Virus record (IMG/VR): IMGVR_UViG_3300018476_000013 | Location: 14,301 to 78,300 of that record | Length of the DNA stretch: 64,000 nt | Source of the DNA: a virus | Reading direction: 5' to 3' (one strand) | Part shown: piece after piece, positions 1 to 8,758 of the stretch | Numbering within the stretch: position 1 is the first letter of the stretch | How the letters are laid out: the number at the start of each line of letters is the position of its first letter | Made by a program: the position numbers and the translations under genes | Notes under the pieces: generated by a model | Databases searched by the model: none | Seen by the model: only the letters and a program-made list of their open reading frames with translations | What the model was told of the DNA's origin: nothing

Positions 1-13
1 TAGGAGAGGACTA

Positions 14-436
14 ATGAGCGATGACTGCTTGCCAGACTGCATGATGCCTGATGGTGGTCAATGCTGCGCTGGCTACACAAAGCAACGCCAGCGCAACGAG
101 GCGCTGGAGGCGGACGGTCGCGAAGCCACCCGTCTACTGGACCTTTGGTCTGAAATCCCCGGCGCTGAAGACTTTGCACCATATCAAGACACAATGGCGT
201 TTCTTGGCAAGCCAAACAGTGTTGGCTGGGTTTGGGCGCGTGAGGTTCGAAAGGAGCGAGACTTTGATAAGGAACAAGCTCGTCAGCGTGATCTAGCAAT
301 GCAGTGCGTTTGCGAAGCCGAAGAACGTGAGCAAGCAGCACATGCCAGCATCGAGGCGCTGAAGGCGGTGCTGCGGGAGATCGTCATATACAACGACAAT
401 ATCGCCAAGACCATCCGCGCCGCGCTTGTCCCTTGA
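14..436 (+). CDS. hypothetical phage protein
   Basis: ORF with AGGAGAGG RBS; C-terminal coiled-coil-like segment. Confidence 0.7.
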   Translation: MSDDCLPDCMMPDGGQCCAGYTKQRQRNEALEADGREATRLLDLWSEIPGAEDFAPYQDTMAFLGKPNSVGWVWAREVRKERDFDKEQARQRDLAMQCVCEAEEREQAAHASIEALKAVLREIVIYNDNIAKTIRAALVP

Positions 437-484
437 ATTCGTCGGCGGGATCGCCAAACGCGCACTACCAAAGGAGAATTGAAC

Positions 485-718
485 ATGAGGATAAAATTGT
501 TTGTGGTGCTGGCATTGATCCTAGCATCTGATGCAGCAATGGCGCAACAGAAAACCTTCCGCAATTCGATGGGTCAGACAACTGGCCGGTCGGTGACCAA
601 CGGAAACCAGACTACATTCTATGATCACATGGGACGCAACACCGGCAGGGCAGTGACCAACAATGCCGGCACGGTGGTCTATGACAATATGGGCCGGCAA
701 ACAGGGAGCATCAAATGA
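485..718 (+). CDS. small secreted protein with three (Y/R)(D/N)xMGRxTG-like repeats
   Basis: Signal peptide (IKLFVVLALILASDAAMAQ); repeats RNSMGQTTG / YDHMGRNTG / YDNMGRQTG; RBS AAGGAG. Confidence 0.75.
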   Translation: MRIKLFVVLALILASDAAMAQQKTFRNSMGQTTGRSVTNGNQTTFYDHMGRNTGRAVTNNAGTVVYDNMGRQTGSIK

Positions 719-1011
719 GCATCGTTATTGATTTCAAGAAAGCTGTAGAGGCAGGTGACGCCAAACTAGCCGAGTATGTTAGTGACTCGTTTGATCTGTA
801 TCGTGAGAGCCAAGAGGAATACATCACTGCCGCAACGACGAAGCGGGGCCTGACTCAGGTCCAGGCAGAAAGATCTTTTGGTTGGATAATCCGAACCGCT
901 GCCCAGAATGAAAACCAACGATGGTTGGTCGATGTGATGCTGGCAAAGCCGGACATCACGAAGAAAGAACTGTTTGAAGCCATGAAGGAATATTTAAAAA
1001 GGGGTATTTAA
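715..1011 (+). CDS. hypothetical protein
   Basis: ATGA overlap with upstream gene. Confidence 0.65.
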   Translation: MSIVIDFKKAVEAGDAKLAEYVSDSFDLYRESQEEYITAATTKRGLTQVQAERSFGWIIRTAAQNENQRWLVDVMLAKPDITKKELFEAMKEYLKRGI

Positions 1012-1145
1012 AAATGAAGCTGCCCCGGGTTAATCATTGGATTGGTCTTCAGTTCGGGAAGTGGTATGTCTTCTGGGCGTGGGGCCGGCTGAACATTTCA
1101 AAGCAGTATCCCCATACTGAAAATTAGAAACCCAGGAGAATCCTC

Positions 1146-1901
1146 GTGAAGAAAATCTTAATGGCCACCGCTTTACTTGCTTTGGCGGCAGCACCTGCAT
1201 CTGCTGCTGTCATCGATACATTCGCCGTCACTGACTCGACTAGCACCCTGACGCTGTCGGCCGTGGTCCCCGGCGGCAATCAACCCCTGAACAACCCTTG
1301 CTTGATCTGCGGCACGCAGCAGCCGCAACAGCCGACAGGGTTCGGCTATAATAACTTCCAAGCCCAAGGCAACATCAGCGATTATCTGATGTTCTCGACG
1401 GCGACGGTTGGCGGCTCGCTTGCCCAGGATACCTTGGGCACCGGTTACCAGGTTGGTGATGGTTCGATCCTGCGCGCGTATCTGTTGGCGCAAGCATCGG
1501 GCACCACTTTCTCGGTTGGCATTGATGTCAATCAGACCAATGTCGCACAGACACTGGAGTCGTTTTACTTCCTGAACCTGACGGACCGCACGGTGCTGGC
1601 ATCCTATTCGCCGGGACCTGGCGGCACGCCATTGCCGGCGCCGAACAACGGCACTGGCTATCCGGACTACACGCTGAGTGGTTTCAACATTGACCGTGGT
1701 GATATTTCTGCGGGTGATGAAATCATTTTCTTCGCCCGTTGGTCAGGCGCCAATGACGGACCGGAAAGCTTTTTCCTCGTCGCCAATCCGGTTGCCGCGG
1801 TGCCTGAACTGTCTACATGGTTCATGATGATCCTCGGATTTGCTGGTTGTGGATTGATGGCCTACCGCAAGCGGGACGGCCTCAACTTCCGGGCGGTGTA
1901 A
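1146..1901 (+). CDS. PEP-CTERM-type (PEPxxWA-like) exosortase-sorted surface protein
   Basis: N-terminal signal peptide MKKILMATALLALAAAPASA; C-terminal VPELSTWFMMILGFAGCGLMAYRKR (PEx motif, TM helix, basic cluster); RBS AGGAG. Confidence 0.88.
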   Translation: MKKILMATALLALAAAPASAAVIDTFAVTDSTSTLTLSAVVPGGNQPLNNPCLICGTQQPQQPTGFGYNNFQAQGNISDYLMFSTATVGGSLAQDTLGTGYQVGDGSILRAYLLAQASGTTFSVGIDVNQTNVAQTLESFYFLNLTDRTVLASYSPGPGGTPLPAPNNGTGYPDYTLSGFNIDRGDISAGDEIIFFARWSGANDGPESFFLVANPVAAVPELSTWFMMILGFAGCGLMAYRKRDGLNFRAV

Positions 1902-1949
1902 AAAGTTAAGGCAAGGTATTTCTTGTCAGGGAGCATCTTGCTTTAAGGG

Positions 1950-1988
1950 AAGAGGGGGACATGCCGCACGCATGTTCCCCTCTTTTTT
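1950..1988 (+). terminator. intrinsic terminator
   Basis: Stem AAGAGGGGGACATGC / GCATGTTCCCCTCTT followed by T run. Confidence 0.85.
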
Positions 1989-1989
1989 A

Positions 1990-2046
1990 CCTTCAAAAAA
2001 GTGAAGTGAAGGGGTTTACAAACGCGTCCTAGGGGCTTACCTGTAA
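1990..2046 (+). promoter_or_regulatory. phage promoter, TGAAG-repeat class
   Basis: CCTTCAAAAAAGTGAAGTGAAGGGG-TTTACA-17 nt-TACCTG; near-identical upstream element at 24135. Confidence 0.7.
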
Positions 2047-2075
2047 GCAATCAATTCAACCCCACGGAGCACGAC

Positions 2076-3560
2076 ATGACCCCGACCCCGACCCCCCAGC
2101 AGGCTGCCTTCATCGAGGCCCTGGTCACCACCACCAGCAACATTGCCCTAGTGGCTCGGGCTGGCACGGGCAAGACCACGACCATCCTCCAGGGGGTGGC
2201 GGCCTACCATGCAGCCCACCCCAACCATGAGATCGTGGTCTGCGCCTTCAACAAGGCCATTGCAGATGAAGTCAAGGAAAAGCTGGTGAAGGCGGGTTAT
2301 CCCTGGCAGAAGGTCCAGGGTTCCACCATCCACTCCCTGGGCTTTGGCTTGGTCAAGTTTGTATTCAAGTCCAAGGTTGACGCCAACAAGGTGCGGGACA
2401 TGATCCGCGCCCGCAACGAGCCCATTTACCAGCAGTATGGTGCCCAGATCAGTGACCTGGTTCGGTATGCCAAGGGCGCTGGCTTCGGGTTCTTTGATGC
2501 CATCGGGGACAATGCAGCTTGGTATGCCCTGGCTGACCATTACGACGTCAACGGGCTGGATGACACCAGCGAGATGGATGCCATTGTGGCTGCTGCCCAG
2601 GACATCTACAGGGCTTCCCTGGCCCATACAGACGTGGTTGATTTCGATGACATGATCCTCTTCCCCCTGGTCAAGAACCTGCGGGTGAAGTTCACCAAGG
2701 ACCTGATCATTCTGGATGAAGCCCAGGACCTTTCCAAGGCCCGCCAGGCCCTCGCCCGCAAGTTCCTGAAGCCGGGGACGGGCCGGATGATTGTGGTGGG
2801 TGATGATCGGCAAGCCATCTATGGGTTCTCGGGCGCTGATGCCCAGGCCCTGGAGAACCTCACCAATGAATTGAATGCAGTGACCCTGCCCCTGACTGTC
2901 ACCTGGCGTTGCCCCAAGGCCGTGATCCGTGAAGCCCAGAAGATTGTTGCAGACATTGAATGTGCCACGGACAACGAAGGTGAAGTCACCCGGGTCGAGG
3001 AACTGCCCGCTGACCTGCTGGCCACGGATGCCATCCTCTGCCGGAACACTGCCCCCTTGGTCACCATTGCTTATTCCCTGATCCGCAAGGGTGTGGCTTG
3101 CAAGGTCGAGGGTCGGGCCATCGGTGATGGCTTGCTCCGGTTGGTCGATCGGTGGAAAGTTTCCTCGGTGGATCAGTTCATCCGCAAGCTGGAAGATTAT
3201 CGCCAGCGTGAGATCCAGAAGGCCATGGCCAAGAATAACGAAGCCAAGGTCGAGGAGATCAATGACCGGGTGGAAACCTTGTTGCAGGTTTGCCTGGCCG
3301 TGACTGCCAAGGGCCAGCACTCGCTGACCGCCGTGCGGGACTTTATTAACAATTTATTCTCGGATGATGTCCGAGGGGTCCTGACCCTGGCCACCTATCA
3401 TCGCAGCAAGGGCCGGGAATGGAACAGGGTGTTCCTCTGGGAGCACGCCACCCGTTGCCCATCCCGTGCTGCCAAGCAAGAATGGCAGAAACTCCAGGAA
3501 CAGAACCTGGCATATGTTGCCATTACCAGGTCGAAGAACATCCTGACCTTCGTGAATTAA
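2076..3560 (+). CDS. UvrD/Rep-like superfamily 1 DNA helicase
   Basis: ARAGTGKTT (Walker A), LDEAQD, VGDDRQAIYGF, TWRCP, TYHRSKGREW, YVAITRSK. Confidence 0.93.
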   Translation: MTPTPTPQQAAFIEALVTTTSNIALVARAGTGKTTTILQGVAAYHAAHPNHEIVVCAFNKAIADEVKEKLVKAGYPWQKVQGSTIHSLGFGLVKFVFKSKVDANKVRDMIRARNEPIYQQYGAQISDLVRYAKGAGFGFFDAIGDNAAWYALADHYDVNGLDDTSEMDAIVAAAQDIYRASLAHTDVVDFDDMILFPLVKNLRVKFTKDLIILDEAQDLSKARQALARKFLKPGTGRMIVVGDDRQAIYGFSGADAQALENLTNELNAVTLPLTVTWRCPKAVIREAQKIVADIECATDNEGEVTRVEELPADLLATDAILCRNTAPLVTIAYSLIRKGVACKVEGRAIGDGLLRLVDRWKVSSVDQFIRKLEDYRQREIQKAMAKNNEAKVEEINDRVETLLQVCLAVTAKGQHSLTAVRDFINNLFSDDVRGVLTLATYHRSKGREWNRVFLWEHATRCPSRAAKQEWQKLQEQNLAYVAITRSKNILTFVN

Positions 3561-3616
3561 TGAAAGGGAAAACTGAAGGGGAATATTTACTTCCCCTTCA
3601 GATTGCCTTACTGGTA
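3561..3616 (+). promoter_or_regulatory. phage promoter with inverted repeat over the -35 box
   Basis: CTGAAGGGGAA-TATTTAC-TTCCCCTTCAG palindrome; TTTACT-17 nt-TACTGG; RBS AAGGAG downstream. Confidence 0.7.
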
Positions 3617-3641
3617 GCGTGTCAACAAAAGGAGCTTAGAC

Positions 3642-3818
3642 ATGATGACTAAAAGCCAGATCCGCCACGTCCTTTATGGGACACCCGTCGACATGACTGA
3701 TGAGGAGTATGAAGCTGCTTGTCGGAAATTTGAAGCTGAAAAGCGGATGGCCCGTGCCCTCAGGGACTTCGAACTCCTGGGCGATCGCCCTGGTGCAACC
3801 AAGATCCGGATCAATTGA
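3642..3818 (+). CDS. small hypothetical protein (58 aa, not in ORF track)
   Basis: ATG after AAGGAG RBS directly downstream of the promoter. Confidence 0.6.
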   Translation: MMTKSQIRHVLYGTPVDMTDEEYEAACRKFEAEKRMARALRDFELLGDRPGATKIRIN

Positions 3819-3819
3819 G

Positions 3820-3987
3820 ATGGCGTACGATTACAGCAAGAAATATCCTTACCCGATTGGGACCAAGGTTTCGTCGCGTGGGGTCACTGGTGTTGTGACT
3901 GCCACCCCCGGCCCTTATTCGGTGGTCGTCGATGACAAGATCACCATCCCCGTTTCTTTGATCACTCCAACCCCGGAAGGAAAATGA
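3820..3987 (+). CDS. small hypothetical protein (SH3/KOW-like)
   Basis: MAYDYSKKYPYPIGTKVSSRGVTGVV. Confidence 0.55.
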   Translation: MAYDYSKKYPYPIGTKVSSRGVTGVVTATPGPYSVVVDDKITIPVSLITPTPEGK

Positions 3988-3990
3988 ACC

Positions 3991-4308
3991 ATGAAGATTT
4001 CTAAAGACAGATCGCCGGCTCTCATGGCCGCCACTGATTACATGAGGGCCTCAGATGTGATGCTCCAGCACTTCGAGGAAGCCCAGCATGATCCTGATGG
4101 CCTACATCGGCGGGCCATGATGGTCGCCCTGGAAAGGGCTAGGCAGATGGACCGGCCGACCACCCAGGAAGCAGTCGAGAAAGAACTGGAGAACTTCCAT
4201 ACCATGACCCCCAAAGAGGCAGCTCGGTTCTCCGACAAAGTCAGCAAACTCATTGGACCCCTGTGGAGCCAAGAAATAGAAAAGAGGAAAAGGGGGAGGA
4301 TGCACTAA
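3991..4308 (+). CDS. hypothetical protein
   Basis: ORF in tightly packed operon. Confidence 0.65.
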   Translation: MKISKDRSPALMAATDYMRASDVMLQHFEEAQHDPDGLHRRAMMVALERARQMDRPTTQEAVEKELENFHTMTPKEAARFSDKVSKLIGPLWSQEIEKRKRGRMH

Positions 4309-4321
4309 CCCCATAAAATAA

Positions 4322-4376
4322 TGAAGGGAAAATGAAGGAAAGAGGTTTACTCTTCCCTTCATTTGCCTTACTGGTA
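4322..4376 (+). promoter_or_regulatory. phage promoter with inverted repeat over the -35 box
   Basis: AAATGAAGGAAAGAG-GTTTA-CTCTTCCCTTCATTT; TTTACT-17 nt-TACTGG; parallels the 3561 copy including TCAACAA..GGAG leader. Confidence 0.7.
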
Positions 4377-4396
4377 GGTGATCAACAAGGAGCCAG

Positions 4397-4687
4397 ATGA
4401 TGTTCAAGATCAATGATGTGGTTGGATTTATCGACCAAGAAGCTTCCGCCCCGGTTCTCGCCGTCGCCGGTGATCAAGTCCTCGTGGCCTTTGGTCCCCG
4501 GTGGATCAATTGCTCGGACGAACCCAGCTTCATTGGCTGTGCCAACACCACCAACCCCAAGCTGGGGGATCTGGTGGAAGTCTATGGTGTCCCGGGACAT
4601 CATGAAATCCTCGGCCGTCGCGATGGCGATGTGCTGGTGGATACCGGCCCGACCTGGTACGACACTGAAACCATGTGCTTTATGTAA
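4397..4687 (+). CDS. hypothetical protein
   Basis: RBS AAGGAG; two similar beta-rich halves (K.[NG]D.V....[VI]L...GD.[VL]LV..GP.W). Confidence 0.7.
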   Translation: MMFKINDVVGFIDQEASAPVLAVAGDQVLVAFGPRWINCSDEPSFIGCANTTNPKLGDLVEVYGVPGHHEILGRRDGDVLVDTGPTWYDTETMCFM

Positions 4688-5163
4688 TGACCATGCGGTG
4701 GCGTCAAATCCCAGGATCTGACTATGAAGTTTCTGATTACGGTCAGGTTCGAAAAGGAAAAAACCTTTGTCGGGAATATATCCTCCCAACTGGTTATCGA
4801 TCTGTCTGGGTCAAGATCAATGGTCAGTGGGCACAAAAATACGTTCATAGATTGGTGCTCGAAATCTTTGTCGGTCCTTGTCCTCCCGGACAAGAATGCC
4901 GGCATCGGGATGGGGACAATGGGAATAATTATTGGAAGAATTTGAAGTGGGGGACACCAAAGGAAAATGGTCAAGACAAGATCAAACATGGGACAGCCCA
5001 AAATGGAGAACTCGTCCCCCAATCAAAACTGACGTGGGTGCAGGTCCGGTCAATCCGGAAAGCCCAAGGTCCTCGTGGACTCGGTAAAAAATTAGCAGAG
5101 CAACATGGTGTTTCTTCTGCAACGATATCGCTCATTCGAGCAAACAAAGGATGGAGAGAATAA
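4687..5163 (+). CDS. NUMOD4-HNH homing endonuclease
   Basis: WRQIPGSDYEVSDYGQVR (NUMOD4); VHRLVLEIFVG..CRHRDGDNGNNYWKNLKWGTPKEN (HNH); C-terminal HTH. Confidence 0.9.
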   Translation: MTMRWRQIPGSDYEVSDYGQVRKGKNLCREYILPTGYRSVWVKINGQWAQKYVHRLVLEIFVGPCPPGQECRHRDGDNGNNYWKNLKWGTPKENGQDKIKHGTAQNGELVPQSKLTWVQVRSIRKAQGPRGLGKKLAEQHGVSSATISLIRANKGWRE

Positions 5164-5164
5164 G

Positions 5165-5539
5165 ATGCGTATGTTTTTTTATGGAACATTGAAAGAAGGT
5201 TTCTGGAACCATAACCGTTTCATCGGTGGTTCAGAATTCCTAGGCATCGGTCGGACAGCTTATCGTTACTTGATGCTCGGGCATAGTGTCCCCATGATCA
5301 TGCCATCCAAGAAAGGCAAGCCGGTCACGGGTGAAGTGTACGAGGTGGATCGTTCCCGCTTGCCGGACCTGGATCGATTGGAAAGCGCCTATGCGCGGGT
5401 CCGTGGTGAGATCCGAATGGATGATGGCAGCACCATCTGGGCCAGCTATTACATCGGCCGAAACAAGCAGTACTGGCTGGGCAATGGTCCCAACCCATGG
5501 GACCACGGCGAAGTCTTCACCTGGAGCATCGACCAATGA
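5165..5539 (+). CDS. gamma-glutamylcyclotransferase (AIG2/GGACT-like)
   Basis: FFYGTLKEGFWNH, VTGEVYEV, LDRLE motifs. Confidence 0.88.
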   Translation: MRMFFYGTLKEGFWNHNRFIGGSEFLGIGRTAYRYLMLGHSVPMIMPSKKGKPVTGEVYEVDRSRLPDLDRLESAYARVRGEIRMDDGSTIWASYYIGRNKQYWLGNGPNPWDHGEVFTWSIDQ

Positions 5540-5703
5540 TCGTTCAACCACACGAAAAGAAAGCCATGGAAGAAATGGTGATCAACACTCGGGCCATGGT
5601 CGATGTCCTGGGTGGGCGTCAGCACCCCCACTGCATCAAGTTGATGGTGTGGGCGCAGATCCTCGAAGAATTCCTCGACCGGGTAGACCAGGAGCAAAAG
5701 TGA
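5536..5703 (+). CDS. small hypothetical protein
   Basis: ATGA overlap with upstream gene. Confidence 0.5.
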   Translation: MIVQPHEKKAMEEMVINTRAMVDVLGGRQHPHCIKLMVWAQILEEFLDRVDQEQK

Positions 5704-6035
5704 TGTGGCGATTGATGGCTATGATTATGGTGATGTCGGACACGGGTGGCGTATCACTCGTGGCCACGCACACTGATTGGCCGGATGAGGTATCCTGCCG
5801 GCAAATCTTGCAGAGCCACTACACGCCACCACCGCCGACGGAATTCAACGGCCACATGGCGACTGCCAAGATCAGTGCTTCTTGTGTCCCGGTTGGCCTG
5901 GTGGCGCCACCCGTCGTTGCAGAGGGTGGTGATATGGTCCCGCCATTGCTGCCACGCCAGATGCTGCCCCCTGAAATAGAATTACGGACACGGCGACAGC
6001 CGGCAGATTTCTTTCGGCCCATGTTCGTTCGATAG
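5703..6035 (+). CDS. hypothetical protein
   Basis: TGATG coupling; hydrophobic N-terminus. Confidence 0.55.
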   Translation: MWRLMAMIMVMSDTGGVSLVATHTDWPDEVSCRQILQSHYTPPPPTEFNGHMATAKISASCVPVGLVAPPVVAEGGDMVPPLLPRQMLPPEIELRTRRQPADFFRPMFVR

Positions 6036-6044
6036 GAGAGCACC

Positions 6045-6251
6045 ATGAATGAAATAAAACTGAACCGGCCACGGGTCACCGATGATGACAAGGGATCAAT
6101 CCTCATCACATGGCAGGGGAAACAGATCCGCGGCTATTCCTATCAGAGTGATAATGAGCGCCGGATGAAAATGGTTTACGCCCGCGAGTATATCGAGGGC
6201 TGGGTTGACGGCAAGGACTATGGCTTGATGAAGTTATTCCTGCCGAGCTGA
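6045..6251 (+). CDS. hypothetical protein
   Basis: RBS AGGAGAG. Confidence 0.65.
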   Translation: MNEIKLNRPRVTDDDKGSILITWQGKQIRGYSYQSDNERRMKMVYAREYIEGWVDGKDYGLMKLFLPS

Positions 6252-6368
6252 TGTCGAGGAATACTAGTTTACTTTTCTTCACCTTACAGGTACACCAATC
6301 TTACTTTGCATCAATGGACCCGTGCAGAGCCACACAGATACCCATCAACAGGGTCCAGGAGAAGTATC

Positions 6369-6605
6369 GTGAAGCATCTTACTTTCAATGCAGTGAGTGG
6401 TGAAGGCGAATTCGGCGAGGATGATGTGCGGGAAGAGATCACTCTGCCCCACACGATCATCAACCCCGAAGAGCGGATCAGGAGTTTCGGTCCGCGTAAG
6501 GGCAACCGGCAGGGCACGCGTATCGTGTTCATGTCCGGTGCCGGCCTGCCGGTGAAGGAGTCGCCCGACGAAGTCATGGCTGCTCTCCAGTCACTGAGCA
6601 ACTAA
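6369..6605 (+). CDS. hypothetical protein
   Basis: GTG start after AGGAG; upstream promoter-like TTTACT-17 nt-TACACC near 6268-6296. Confidence 0.6.
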   Translation: MKHLTFNAVSGEGEFGEDDVREEITLPHTIINPEERIRSFGPRKGNRQGTRIVFMSGAGLPVKESPDEVMAALQSLSN

Positions 6606-6606
6606 G

Positions 6607-7206
6607 ATGAGCAAGACCCCCGGGCTTGTTTGGGATGTCAAGACCTCCCGATGGTTGGCACCTGAAGAAGTTCGGGGGTCACTCACCCGAATTCTTAATC
6701 AAACAGAAACCAGGACGAAAACGATGAAGCCAGAATATAATACGATGACTGGGCAGCAGTTGCTTGCTGCCTACAATGCGATGGCGGGACAACCCCGCAA
6801 GTCGAAATTCCATACGCGCGAAGATGGTGTGGTTGCCTGCGAGAAATTGTGGGCTGAGAAGAAGCCCGCCAAGGTCAAGGTCACGTCCCACCCAGTTGCC
6901 AACCCGGATAACGTCAAGCTGACGTTTGAACCCGAGGCCAAGAAAAATGGCAATGGCAAAGCCAAGGGCGATGGCAAGGCTCCTAAGAAATCTTCCCGGC
7001 TGGATTTGAAGATCACGCTCTTGGTGGAGGACAACCCCCGCCGTGTTTCTCCGAATGGTCCCACGGATGCTCACAAGCATTTCGAGGCCATGCGGGGTGG
7101 CATCACCATCAGGGAATATCTGGCCAAGTTCAAGCCAGAAGACCGCCGGAAGGCTGGGCAATGGTTGTCCAACACTAAGCGGGATAAATTTGTTCGCGTC
7201 GGATGA
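6607..7206 (+). CDS. basic, probably DNA-binding, hypothetical protein
   Basis: Lys-rich linker; C-terminal KITLLVEDNPRR..HFEAMRGGITIREY domain; start may be 6724. Confidence 0.65.
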   Translation: MSKTPGLVWDVKTSRWLAPEEVRGSLTRILNQTETRTKTMKPEYNTMTGQQLLAAYNAMAGQPRKSKFHTREDGVVACEKLWAEKKPAKVKVTSHPVANPDNVKLTFEPEAKKNGNGKAKGDGKAPKKSSRLDLKITLLVEDNPRRVSPNGPTDAHKHFEAMRGGITIREYLAKFKPEDRRKAGQWLSNTKRDKFVRVG

Positions 7207-7220
7207 CACGAACAGATCGG

Positions 7221-7258
7221 CGAGGGTGAACTGGTTCAGTGTATCACCCTCGTTTTTT
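7221..7258 (+). terminator. intrinsic terminator
   Basis: CGAGGGTGA / TCACCCTCG stem followed by TTTTTT. Confidence 0.75.
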
Positions 7259-7277
7259 ATAAACCAGAGAGGGCGTT

Positions 7278-7472
7278 ATGGCAGCAGTAAAAAAGAAAAG
7301 GAAACGGGGTGGTGCTAGCATGCCCTGCCCCGAGTGTGGGTCTCATTCTCATGTGATCATCACCAAGAGGATAGATGACAAAGTTGAGCGGCAGCGGGAA
7401 TGCCTGGGTCGGCGGCCTCACAAATTTCACACTTACGAAGAGGTCAGTTATGAAGCTGTATCTAGCAGCTAG
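7278..7472 (+). CDS. NrdR/Ogr-like zinc-ribbon protein
   Basis: MPCPECG...RQRECLG..HKFHTYE resembles the NrdR N-terminal zinc ribbon; no ATP-cone. Confidence 0.7.
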   Translation: MAAVKKKRKRGGASMPCPECGSHSHVIITKRIDDKVERQRECLGRRPHKFHTYEEVSYEAVSSS

Positions 7473-7854
7473 GTTCGCCAGGCGGGAAAAATTAGTAACC
7501 GACGCCATCCCATTCCTAGAAGAAGATGGTCACAAGATCACTTCACGATGGTTATGGGAAGAGGATGATGGAGGAGAAGGCGCGGCCCGGATCTGCCTGC
7601 AGGACATTGACAGGTCTGAGGCCGTGGTTCTTTTCACTGATCCAGTGGGGTCAAAGAATGCAGGTGGCGGTCGTTGGTTTGAAGCTGGATATGCTTACGC
7701 CAACAATCGCCGCCTGTTCATTGTGGGTGAACAAGAGGCCGTGTTCACTTACCTGCCCCTGATCACTGTTTGCCAGGACGTCGACCACTTACGGCGTGAA
7801 CTCGACAACTACAATACCGACCTCATTAAACATCTGGCGCGTCCACTCAGCTGA
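7450..7854 (+). CDS. nucleoside 2'-deoxyribosyltransferase / nucleotide N-glycosidase-like protein
   Basis: KLYLAARF, DIDRSEAVV, GRWFEAGYAYA, VFTYLP pattern. Confidence 0.75.
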   Translation: MKLYLAARFARREKLVTDAIPFLEEDGHKITSRWLWEEDDGGEGAARICLQDIDRSEAVVLFTDPVGSKNAGGGRWFEAGYAYANNRRLFIVGEQEAVFTYLPLITVCQDVDHLRRELDNYNTDLIKHLARPLS

Positions 7855-8217
7855 GGATTTCCAGGGCTCACGGTCAAGCGGGGGTGGAGTGATCACCCGC
7901 TTGATGCCCCTGGAGACAATGGACTTGGCGCATTCATTGCACGGAAACATCGTCACTGCTAATGTGCTGCCCTCTAGATCGAAGTGGGCATTGTCCAAGG
8001 CATTGCGTTCAGCGTGCTGGGTCATGGCGTACTTGGTATTCTTATCCAGCAACCGCTCAGGGCTGTCTTCTATGCCAGGCGGAAATCCATTGTAGCCGAT
8101 GGTGATGTTCCGGCGGTCTTTGCCGACAATGACTGCACCCACTCGCGTGGACGGGTCCTTGCTCCACACAGCTACATGATGGGCCAAAACAAAATATCGT
8201 TGATCCCAGTCGGTCAT
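7789..8217 (-). CDS. dCMP deaminase
   Basis: SKDPSTRVGAVIV, GYNGFP, HAERNA, PCNEC zinc motifs. Confidence 0.93.
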   Translation of the reverse strand: MTDWDQRYFVLAHHVAVWSKDPSTRVGAVIVGKDRRNITIGYNGFPPGIEDSPERLLDKNTKYAMTQHAERNALDNAHFDLEGSTLAVTMFPCNECAKSIVSRGIKRVITPPPLDREPWKSSAEWTRQMFNEVGIVVVEFTP

Positions 8218-8390
8218 CAAACAAATCCCTTTTCTTCCGCCAGCCATTCAGGCATGGTGAAGGTCCCATCTTTGTTGTCCTCGACCTGGGACTTGGGCAC
8301 CCATTCCGTTTTGATCCCATCGAAAAGACGATACGCTTTTTCCGTTTCGCCTCGGAGCTCTGCCGCTATGTCGATAAGCTTTTCGGCCAT
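8217..8390 (-). CDS. small conserved phage protein
   Basis: ETEKA..WVPKSQVE..TMPEWLAEEKG; translationally coupled. Confidence 0.7.
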   Translation of the reverse strand: MAEKLIDIAAELRGETEKAYRLFDGIKTEWVPKSQVEDNKDGTFTMPEWLAEEKGFV

Positions 8391-8758
8391 CACGCTACCA
8401 GATCCGAAAGGTCCGGGGCGGTCCAACCCATGGGCTTGACTACATCATGAGCCGATCCCCGCTTCGAGTCCGAACCATCGGCCTTGGCCTTGACTTTCTT
8501 CATGTTGGCTTCGTGAACCCGCTTCCATGCTTCATCAAAGTCAAAGCCGTGCAGGTACGCTGTGCCCAGGGCGACATAGACCAGATCGACCAAAGCATCG
8601 AGCTTGTCCTCTAATGGATACTCACAATATTCGGTCAGCTCCTCGGTCATGAATTTCAATCGGAAGGATGCCAGGTCATCCGGCAATTGCCGAGGGCCGT
8701 CAGTGTAGGCCAATCCGAATTTCTCGTGGAAATCTTTGATGTCAGAATAGAAGCTCAT
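8390..8758 (-). CDS. MazG-like / PRA-PH nucleotide pyrophosphohydrolase (all-alpha dUTPase-like)
   Basis: EELTE..DALVDLVYVALG..VHEANMKK..VVKP.GW..PDL. Confidence 0.88.
   Translation of the reverse strand: MSFYSDIKDFHEKFGLAYTDGPRQLPDDLASFRLKFMTEELTEYCEYPLEDKLDALVDLVYVALGTAYLHGFDFDEAWKRVHEANMKKVKAKADGSDSKRGSAHDVVKPMGWTAPDLSDLVA

Noticed and set aside
2148-3320. Long antisense ORFs (also 12489-13385, 43869-44753, 47297-48283 and many shorter ones)
   Set aside because: They shadow well-supported + strand genes, as expected from codon bias in GC-rich DNA, and show no recognisable motifs
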